Counted from the first letter of the stretch, positions 1 to 6,884 are shown. The stretch: 12,077 bases of DNA from Paramicrosporidium saccamoebae KSL3 (GCA_002794465.1 MTSL01000081.1:1-12077); one strand, 5' to 3'. A program made the numbers and translations. The notes: generated from the sequence alone by a model not told the origin.

Positions 1-167
1 AACAGCCTATCTTTCCATCTCTTCCCCACTATGCGGCATTGTTATTAACCTCACAAAGGGTTTCATTTAAAATATTATGTACGCTATGCCAACCACCAGG
101 CAACTTGGTTGTACCTCTCTCGTCTCTTTTTTAACCCATTCGATCCATCTTTGTTTTCTCAAATACA

Positions 168-1192
168 CTAGCTCCCACGCCTAATAACCTTGTTGATTTT
201 GCTCATTTCTTCTTGGAAAAGGTCTTCAAGCACTGCAATCTTTTTATCCTTTTCTGACGGTATACAATCCGGGTACTTTTTGCACAGATACTTTTTGACT
301 CTTTTTCTAAAGGTTACAAATTCCTCCCCATCTTCATTGTTGATATGATGTGATCGATACAAATTTGCCAGCTCGATCAGTTCTGCCTGTAGGGTAGTTA
401 CTTTCACTGGCTCGCCAGCTTCGACCATGGCCAAATCATTTGCCAATTTGAACATGCAAAACTCGTCAGACGGATCTTCCACCGTCACTTCCTTGACGTC
501 TTCATCGGCTATTGCGTCTTGCATAATGGCCCTGTATAACACTGAGCCCAGACCACGACGCTGGTGGGGAGGGACAATGAAGAATTGGCTGATTCGGAGG
601 CGCTTCTTGTCGGGGAACAAAAGGAATGGGTAAGCAGAGCAGAACCCTAGTATTCTGTCGTCCTCGTCAACAAGATAGTATAGGAGCCACTTGGGGTCTG
701 ATAAATCTATGATGGAGGCGCCATCGATAAAGAACAACAGCAACGCCTCCATCCGATTAGTGAGCTGTGTGGCATCACTTGGGGCACACTTGTAGAGACG
801 CAGAGTAGAGTTCTTGATGGGAGCCGCATTGGCGAGCAATCTCCCGCTTGAATTTAGCGCATTTTTATAATCCTCTTCTACAAAGTACACACTATCGAAG
901 ACACTAGCCAGGAGCCCAGAGGTGTACCTTGGGGAAACTTTTTTAGCACTGGACCCAGCGACCTTTTAAAGTCCTCAACCTCCGCATTGCTTGCGGTAGT
1001 GAAAAGCATCAACAGGGTCTTTGGGTCCACACGCACTCGAGTTTGCAAATTCTTCTCGCCCAGGTCCGATTCGGGATAGAATTGATGCAGGTACGAAGCT
1101 GGACATTCCGCGTCATCCCCGAATTGGAATGTAAAAGAACTACACTCATTCTCTGGGCTTGTTTTCTGTCTTTTGTTTGCTGGCTCTCCCAT
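168..1192 (-). CDS. HAT1: Histone acetyltransferase type B catalytic subunit, encoded in two overlapping frames (N-terminal part from 1192 to about 939; catalytic part from about 903/891 to 168)
   Basis: The C-terminal ORF has HAT1 motifs FFIDGASIIDLSDPKW, ISQFFIVPPHQRRGLGSVLY (GNAT acetyl-CoA motif A) and EVTVEDPSDEF. The upstream ORF (MGEPANKRQK...CPASYLHQFYPESD) resembles the HAT1 N-terminal domain. The start could be the ATG at 1192 or at 1207. The junction between the frames is inferred. Confidence 0.9.
892..938 (-). other. Putative short intron in HAT1 (GT at 938; AG at 904 or 892; 35 or 47 nt)
   Basis: A phase-2 donor (AA|GTTTCC) joined to either AG restores the frame (…LKN-VFDSVYF or …LKN-VYF). 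The donor is atypical and there is no clear branch point. Confidence 0.45.
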
Positions 1193-1338
1193 GGCAACTG
1201 GACACATATTCACAATACTAGGGTACTAACGCCTTATTGTCCATGTACCAGGAAGACTATTGGTCCATTAGGCAGACAACATGGCGCCTGGTTGGTCCAT
1301 TTGTATCTCTTCACAGGCCACGGTGTGCATAAGCCGAT

Positions 1339-1809
1339 ATGAAGCTCGCCCTCCTTCTTCTAGCTGCAGGCTGTTATGCCGCAACACCCGAGGACAATAT
1401 ATCTGAAAAATGCAAAGATGCCGTTGAGGCGCTCTCAGAGGACTCTGTGTATCACAGAATACACGAAAATTTGATTAGTGCCCAATACAAAGGGCGTGAG
1501 CACCAAGGCCTGGGCGCCTCTTACGGCATCATCGAGTCGTACACTAAGCTAATGCCTGAGCGCTTTGACGACGAAGAGACTGCTGCCGAGGCACTGCCTA
1601 TGTTCTACAATTGTCGCGACGATCATGTGGGGAAAGACGCCACGTTGAAAGAAAAAATCAAGAGGGACCTGTTTGGACAGATCCCCATGTTCAGTGACAA
1701 AGCATTCAAAGACGAGGTAATTAGAGAGTTTAACGACAAGGAAGGAGAGGCAGTAGAGTGGTACAAGGGTTTTGAAATTCCCACCGCTGATGTAGGCGAA
1801 GAATTATGA
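1339..1809 (+). CDS. Small predicted secreted protein, 156 aa, two Cys in the mature part; paralog of the next gene
   Basis: ATG start and a signal-peptide-like N-terminus (MKLALLLLAAGCYA). AATAAA overlaps the stop. The protein aligns co-linearly with 1894..2358. No known family recognised. Confidence 0.8.
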   Translation: MKLALLLLAAGCYAATPEDNISEKCKDAVEALSEDSVYHRIHENLISAQYKGREHQGLGASYGIIESYTKLMPERFDDEETAAEALPMFYNCRDDHVGKDATLKEKIKRDLFGQIPMFSDKAFKDEVIREFNDKEGEAVEWYKGFEIPTADVGEEL

Positions 1810-1893
1810 ATAAAACAAGTGCGATCTCATTGGTTCCTGCCGTCCATCGATGCAACGCGCAATAAGAACACCAATCAGTGTTCGTTATGCATC

Positions 1894-2358
1894 ATGCGTC
1901 TTTCACTTCTCATCCTACTACCGTTTGTCTACGGAGTGCACCATGACTCGGGCATCCCGGCATGCGAATCCGCATACCATGCCAGTCCCAGTCAGTACCG
2001 CCACTATCATGACTTTATGATTGACGCACAGCAGAACACTCTGGTACATAACGCCAGTAAATCGGCAGGATTCGTCGAGGCGTGGCAAGCCGTTGCTCCT
2101 GAAATGAGCACAGAGAAGCATCTGGCCGGCCTAAAGGTGCTCTATGCATGTCGGAGTATCTACAAGATTGGCGACCGTATCACCAATGCCAAGAACAAAG
2201 ACTATTGGCACATATTCGGAGAGATGCACCTCTTTACTAGTGAAAAGATTGTGGGAGATGTCAAGGAGGCACTAGGAAAGGAGACGGGCTCGCTGGATAT
2301 AAAGAGATGGTACGACAAGATTGTCAACAGAATTCGAGAGTTACATGGCAAGAAATAG
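1894..2358 (+). CDS. Small predicted secreted protein, 154 aa; paralog of 1339..1809
   Basis: The ATG at 1894 gives a signal peptide (MRLSLLILLPFVYG), so the GTG extension to 1819 is unlikely. Motifs shared with the upstream gene include YxxxHxxxIxAQ, YxCR, FGxxxxF and WY. Confidence 0.8.
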   Translation: MRLSLLILLPFVYGVHHDSGIPACESAYHASPSQYRHYHDFMIDAQQNTLVHNASKSAGFVEAWQAVAPEMSTEKHLAGLKVLYACRSIYKIGDRITNAKNKDYWHIFGEMHLFTSEKIVGDVKEALGKETGSLDIKRWYDKIVNRIRELHGKK

Positions 2359-2370
2359 CAAGGCTACTTT
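2352..2370 (+). repeat. Left arm of an inverted repeat (perfect 19-bp core; imperfect similarity extends to about 2412)
   Basis: GAAATAGCAAGGCTACTTT is the exact reverse complement of 5263..5281. Confidence 0.9.
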
Positions 2371-2480
2371 ATTAGAGGCATGGTGCATTTATAGGCAGCC
2401 GCCTCGACACACCAGGCCGCGTTTATGGGATAGTTATCTCTGTTTTGTTATCACAAACCAACAACAGGTCTATCAATACT

Positions 2481-2695
2481 GTTGCAACGAATAAAAGTAT
2501 TGCAAGTCATTACTTGCCGTCTATAAGGGAGTCACTACCAACGTGCCAGATCTAGTTTACCAACTGACAGCGAGTTTTATCGTTAGACATGCTGCTGCAA
2601 TGAATAAAAAGCTACTGTGAGCCAATATCTGCTGTCTATAGGGGGGCCACTATCAACATGCCAGATTGGAGTCACCAAACAACAGCGGATAATGG
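2481..2695 (+). repeat. Two degenerate tandem copies of an about 115-nt upstream module with a GTCTATA core (2519 and 2634)
   Basis: gttgcaacgaataaaag…gccgtctataagggagtcactaccaacgtgccagat aligns with gctgcaatgaataaaaag…gctgtctatagggggccactatcaacatgccagat. A homologous single copy lies at about 5290..5390. Confidence 0.75.
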
Positions 2696-2698
2696 CGC

Positions 2699-2821
2699 AT
2701 CCCAAGGCAACTTATCATTGACCACGTGGCCGAGCGGAAGATCCCGCGGTTTGGGTCTTCGATCGCACACCGGGTACCCCGGCCTTCACACGACGTTGGA
2801 GGGTCTTCTTCATTTCGTGAC
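2699..2821 (+). promoter_or_regulatory. Conserved proximal upstream region of protease A (CACGTG at 2723; near-palindrome CCGGGTACCCCGG at 2770)
   Basis: Aligns with 5476..5594 upstream of protease B. The conserved DNA falls in different reading frames relative to the two ORFs, so the conservation is non-coding. A regulatory role is inferred. Confidence 0.6.
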
Positions 2822-5194
2822 ATGTGCGTAAAAGTGATATTGTTCTTCTTTTTGGCACTTACCGCCGCCTCTGGATCACGAAATCATGTGGAGAATGCAG
2901 AAAACACGTCCGAGTCTACAACTGATAGACGGGTTAGATCTGTAACTTATAAACAAGTCCGGTCTACAACCGGTAGACGGGTTGAATCCACAGCAGTATC
3001 TATTAGATGGCCTCTTCCAGAGAATGAGCTCGTGTCTCCAGAAACCAGTGATAAGAGTGCGAGTTCACCACGTCCTAAGTATGTTGGGCGAGCCGTGGCC
3101 ACGAAACTGCCGACGATAACGGTCAAGAGAAGCGCGTTTCCAGTCGCGCCCCCTAAAATATCGTATTATGGCAGACATGAAACCAGTTATGGCGGACATG
3201 AAACGAGTTCTGTTGAACCCGAAGAAAAAATATTCATTGTCCTTACAAGCTTAGATGATGGAATGCCTACTCTGGAGAACAATTCGCACCAACCGAATAA
3301 TGATCCCAGGCCGTTCGAAGATAATGGTGGATGTGCAGGCGATCTTGTCGAGCCCAAAGATAAAGAACTCATCGATCCGATAAGCTCGGATGATGAGATG
3401 CCTAATGCAGAGAATAGTTCACATCAAACCGAGAGCGGCGAGCCTGTGAATTTCCCAACTCCCAACCTCGTGTATTTAATTATGGATCCGCTAACGGGAC
3501 CAAAAGTTGACAGACAGGTTACCGACAGTCTATCATTGGACGAGGAAGACTTGCAATCAACGCTGTTAGAAGATAACGGCGAGTCTGCAAGGTTGTTAAC
3601 TCCCAAAGACGCGCATCTAAACACGATTGTTACGGATCCGCCAACGGAACCAAAAGCTGACAGACAGGCCATCGATATTCTACCATTAGACTATGAAGAT
3701 TTGCAATCAGCGCCGCTAGTTGACAAGGATGAGTCTGTGAGTTTGCTAGCTTTCAAAGACGCGTATCTAGACACGGCTGTTACAGATTTGTCAACGGAAT
3801 CAAAAGCTGACAGACAGGCTATCGATATCCAACCATTGGACAATGAAGACTTGCAATCAACGCCGTCAGAAGGCAATGGTGAGTCTGCGAGGTTGTCAAC
3901 TTCCAACGACGTGTATCTAAACACGATTGTTACGGATCCGCCAACAGAACCAAAAGCTGACAGACAGGCCATCGATATTCTATTATTAGGCTATGAAGAC
4001 TTGCAATCAGCGCCGCTAGTTGAAAATCACGAGTCTGTGAGCTTGCTAGCTTTCAAAGACGTGTATCTAGACACGGCTGTTACAGATTTGTCAACGGAAC
4101 CAAAGGCTGACAGACAGGCTATCGATATTCTATCATTAGACTATGAAGACTGGCAATCAGCGCCGCTAGTTGACAATTACGAATCTGTGAGTTTGCCATC
4201 TCCCAACAACGCGTGTCTAGCTGCGCTTGTTACGGATTTGCCAATGGAACCAAAAGCTGACAGACAGGCCATCGATATTCTATCATTAGACTACGAAGAC
4301 TGGCAATCAGCGCCGCTATTTGACAATTATGAATCTGTGGGTTTGCCATCTTTCAACGACGCGTGTCTAGCTGCGCTTGTTACGGATTTGCCAATGGAAC
4401 CAAAAGTTGCCAGAAAGGTTGTCGACATTTCATCATTAGAAAATCAAGGTATGCAATCAACACCCGAAGCGTCTAGGTCCATTACGTTGGCTCTACCGAC
4501 TGATTTGGAAGGCAATGATCAGTTCACTTCTTCGGAACTAGATATTGCTGCTGCTAGCTTCTTATCCCAGCTGGGACAATCGTCGTCTAAAATAGACCTG
4601 CCTCGTCTTCCAGGCGAGAAGCCTTCTTCTCGTCGTGAAATTGATAGCATCCGATTCCGCAATCTGCTGTCCCCCCAATGTGTCAACGACCAGGTCGTCA
4701 GTGCCTACTTTAAGCAGCTGCCGCTCTTCAACAAGACCAAGTCTTCTTATGATATAGTGGATCCCCTTTTGAGTCAGAAAATGCCCGAATCATTCAAATT
4801 CGAGTGGGGAAAAATATACCTATGGCCACTGCATCATGTAGAAGAATTTCACTGGACTCTGCTAGTAGTGGATCTAAGCAATGTTCAAGAAGAGAAGATG
4901 GACTTGAAACACTATGATTCGTTGAAATCTGGAGTACGCCGATCTGGTGTTGATCTCGCATTCGGAATATTGAAGGAGAAAATTGGTATCGAAGACGAAT
5001 TCTTTACCTACAAAAAGATGCGTACACCTCAGCAAAAGAATGTGGTCGATTGTGGCATCTTTACTAGCATGATAGGCAAGCAGCTAGTCCTTGGGCTCCC
5101 TGCCAAAACTATCGCTTCGTGGAATAGCGATGACATGAGAAAGACTATGGCTGTAGAGCTGGTTACCACGAGAGTTCAACGTGGACCAAAATAA
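2822..5194 (+). CDS. Signal-peptide-bearing Ulp1/SENP-like C48 cysteine protease A (790 aa) with an acidic tandem-repeat region
   Basis: Signal peptide MCVKVILFFFLALTAASG. C48 motifs VNDQVVSAYF, FHWTLLVVD (His codon 4850), HYDSL (Asp 4916) and PQQKNVVDCGIF (Gln 5033, Cys 5051). AATAAA overlaps the stop. The ORF-track start at 2726 is a GTG placed before the signal peptide. Confidence 0.85.
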   Translation: MCVKVILFFFLALTAASGSRNHVENAENTSESTTDRRVRSVTYKQVRSTTGRRVESTAVSIRWPLPENELVSPETSDKSASSPRPKYVGRAVATKLPTITVKRSAFPVAPPKISYYGRHETSYGGHETSSVEPEEKIFIVLTSLDDGMPTLENNSHQPNNDPRPFEDNGGCAGDLVEPKDKELIDPISSDDEMPNAENSSHQTESGEPVNFPTPNLVYLIMDPLTGPKVDRQVTDSLSLDEEDLQSTLLEDNGESARLLTPKDAHLNTIVTDPPTEPKADRQAIDILPLDYEDLQSAPLVDKDESVSLLAFKDAYLDTAVTDLSTESKADRQAIDIQPLDNEDLQSTPSEGNGESARLSTSNDVYLNTIVTDPPTEPKADRQAIDILLLGYEDLQSAPLVENHESVSLLAFKDVYLDTAVTDLSTEPKADRQAIDILSLDYEDWQSAPLVDNYESVSLPSPNNACLAALVTDLPMEPKADRQAIDILSLDYEDWQSAPLFDNYESVGLPSFNDACLAALVTDLPMEPKVARKVVDISSLENQGMQSTPEASRSITLALPTDLEGNDQFTSSELDIAAASFLSQLGQSSSKIDLPRLPGEKPSSRREIDSIRFRNLLSPQCVNDQVVSAYFKQLPLFNKTKSSYDIVDPLLSQKMPESFKFEWGKIYLWPLHHVEEFHWTLLVVDLSNVQEEKMDLKHYDSLKSGVRRSGVDLAFGILKEKIGIEDEFFTYKKMRTPQQKNVVDCGIFTSMIGKQLVLGLPAKTIASWNSDDMRKTMAVELVTTRVQRGPK
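2912..2992 (+). repeat. Short in-frame internal duplication, 48-nt period (STTDRRV / STTGRRV)
   Basis: gagtctacaactgatagacgggtt at 2912 versus cggtctacaaccggtagacgggtt at 2960. Confidence 0.7.
3167..3208 (+). repeat. 21-nt tandem duplication (YGRHETS / YGGHETS)
   Basis: tatggcagacatgaaaccagt followed by tatggcggacatgaaacgagt; absent from paralog B. Confidence 0.85.
3482..4465 (+). repeat. Coding tandem array: six full 150-nt (50-aa) units plus a partial seventh
   Basis: Units start at 3482, 3632, 3782, 3932, 4082, 4232 and 4382. Approximate consensus: TDxxxEPKADRQAIDILxLDYEDxQSxPLxxxxESxxLxxxxDxxLxxxV. Confidence 0.95.
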
Positions 5195-5262
5195 AGGCTC
5201 TGTCAACATTAGCAACCTGCCTATTAATGTCCTTATCCATGCCATAGAAATCGACGTCCTTC

Positions 5263-5281
5263 AAAGTAGCCTTGCTATTTC
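5263..5281 (-). repeat. Right arm of the inverted repeat (imperfect similarity extends inward to about 5200)
   Basis: AAAGTAGCCTTGCTATTTC is the exact reverse complement of 2352..2370. Inner blocks CCATGCC and CTGCCTATWAATG also match. Confidence 0.9.
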
Positions 5282-5289
5282 ATTAAAGT

Positions 5290-5390
5290 TGTGAAAAGTT
5301 ACTGCAAATCAATATCCGCCGTCTATAGAGGGGCCGAACACTCTCAACGCACCAGATCGGGTCCATCGACCACTAGCGGATAATAGCTAC
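5290..5390 (+). repeat. Single copy of the GTCTATA upstream module, before protease B
   Basis: aaaagttactgcaaatcaatatccgccgtctatagaggggcc…caccagatc…gcggataat is homologous to 2481..2695. Confidence 0.75.
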
Positions 5391-5475
5391 TAATTAATAG
5401 ACTGTCTGAATGCAGAAATAAATACAAGGTGACTAACACTTATCGTACGGTGTGGGATTTAGCGAACAATGTCCT

Positions 5476-5594
5476 ATCCCAAGACAAATCATCACTGAAC
5501 ACGTGCCCATGCAGAGGATCCCGCGGCTTTGGGTCTTCGATCGAACGCCGGGTACCCCGGTCTCTACACGACGTCAAGTTTTTCGTTTTGTGAC
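5476..5594 (+). promoter_or_regulatory. Conserved proximal upstream region of protease B (CACGTG at 5500; CCGGGTACCCCGG at 5548)
   Basis: Homologous to 2699..2821. Confidence 0.6.
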
Positions 5595-6875
5595 ATGAGT
5601 GTAAAAGTGATACTGCTCTTTTTTTTGATATTTACCACCGCCTCTGGATCACGGAAGCATGTGAAGAATATAAGAAACACGCCCGAGTCTAAAACTACGG
5701 GATTATATGCTATGTGGGCTACTTTAGACGACAGCCTTGCGCCTTCAGAAGGCGACGGTGAGCCCATAAGTTTGCCATCGTTTAAAGATGTGTGCCGAGA
5801 TGCGGCTATGAAATTGCCGACGATGTCGACAAAGGGGAGCGTATACCCAGCCACGGCCCCTAAAATACCGAATAATGATAGATATACAAGCGTGCCTGTT
5901 AAACCCAAAGCCAAAGCAGTAATCGACCTTACAAGCTCAGATGATGAAAAACCTACTCCAAAGGACAGTTCGCGTCAAACAAGGAATAGCCCCACGTCGT
6001 TAAAAGACGATAGAGAGCCTGTAGGTTTACTATCTCTCAACGACATATACCTAGCTACGGTAGCAGAGCAAGTAGTTTCAAATACGACCCCTACTAGAGA
6101 GGTCATCGACATTTTATCATCAGATGATGAAGGTTCGCAATCAACGCCCAAAACGCCTGGGTCCATTACGTTGACTCTACCGGCTGATTTGGAAGGCAAT
6201 GGTCAGTTCGCTTTCTCGAAACTGACGATTGCTGCTGCTAACCTCTTATCCCAGCTGGAGCAATCGTCTTCTAAAATAGACCTGCCTCTTCTTCCAGGCG
6301 AGAAGCCTTCTTCTCGTCGTGAAATTGATAACATTGAGTTCCGCAATCTGTTGTCCCCCCAATGTGTCAACGACCAGGTCGTCAGCGCCTACTTTAAGCA
6401 GTTGCCGTTTTTCAACAAGACCAAGTCTTCTTATGCTATAGTGGATCCCCTTTTGAGTCAGAAAATGCCCGAATCATTCAAATTCGAGTGGGGAAAAATA
6501 TACCTATGGCCACTGCATCATGTAGAAGAATTTCACTGGACTCTGCTAGTAGTGGATCTAAGCAATGTTCAAGAAGAGAAGATGGACTTGAGACACTATG
6601 ATTCGTTGAAATCTGGGACACGTCGATCTGGTATTGATCCCGCATTCAACACGCTGAAGGAGAAACTTGGTTTCAAAGAGCAAACATTCACATACAAAAA
6701 GATGCAAACGCCTCAGCAAAAGAATGTGGTCGATTGTGGCATCTTTACTAGCATGATAGGCAAGCAGCTAGTCCTTGGGCTTCCTACCAAAACTATCGCT
6801 TCGTGGAATAGCGATGACATGAGAAATACTATGGCTGTAGAGCTGGTTACCATGAAGCTTTACGAGTACGAATAA
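5595..6875 (+). CDS. Signal-peptide-bearing Ulp1/SENP-like C48 cysteine protease B (426 aa), tandem paralog of A
   Basis: Signal peptide MSVKVILLFFLIFTTASG. His codon 6534, Asp 6600, Cys 6735. The catalytic domain is nearly identical to A. SIM-like motifs VIDLTSSDDE (5919) and VIDILSSDDE (6102). AATAAA overlaps the stop. Confidence 0.85.
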   Translation: MSVKVILLFFLIFTTASGSRKHVKNIRNTPESKTTGLYAMWATLDDSLAPSEGDGEPISLPSFKDVCRDAAMKLPTMSTKGSVYPATAPKIPNNDRYTSVPVKPKAKAVIDLTSSDDEKPTPKDSSRQTRNSPTSLKDDREPVGLLSLNDIYLATVAEQVVSNTTPTREVIDILSSDDEGSQSTPKTPGSITLTLPADLEGNGQFAFSKLTIAAANLLSQLEQSSSKIDLPLLPGEKPSSRREIDNIEFRNLLSPQCVNDQVVSAYFKQLPFFNKTKSSYAIVDPLLSQKMPESFKFEWGKIYLWPLHHVEEFHWTLLVVDLSNVQEEKMDLRHYDSLKSGTRRSGIDPAFNTLKEKLGFKEQTFTYKKMQTPQQKNVVDCGIFTSMIGKQLVLGLPTKTIASWNSDDMRNTMAVELVTMKLYEYE

Positions 6876-6884
6876 ATATAAAAT

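Noticed and set aside
90-111. 6-bp hairpin CAACCA/TGGTTG
   Set aside because: Too short to exceed chance, and bacterial-type terminators are not relevant here.
1224-1316. Plus-strand TACTAAC at 1224 with a pyrimidine-rich CAG at 1316 as a UTR intron of the first secreted gene
   Set aside because: There is no plausible donor without overlapping the HAT1 coding region, and a chance occurrence is expected.
427-1342. Small ORFs 427..633, 1009..1197 and 1043..1342
   Set aside because: They overlap HAT1 on the opposite strand or in another frame and show no protein features.
1819-1893. 25-aa extension of the second secreted protein
   Set aside because: GTG start; the ATG at 1894 gives a signal peptide and matches the paralog's length.
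2726-2821. N-terminal extension of protease A from the GTG at 2726 (and of B from the TTG at 5529)
   Set aside because: These are non-ATG starts in a eukaryote. They would bury the signal peptides, and the homologous DNA is read in different frames in A and B.
3187-3972. Minus-strand ORFs with repeated MACLSAFGSVGGS
   Set aside because: Antisense reading of the 150-nt coding array.
3482-4465. CRISPR-like periodic array
   Set aside because: The units are in-frame coding repeats with no unique spacers, there are no cas genes, and the context is eukaryotic.
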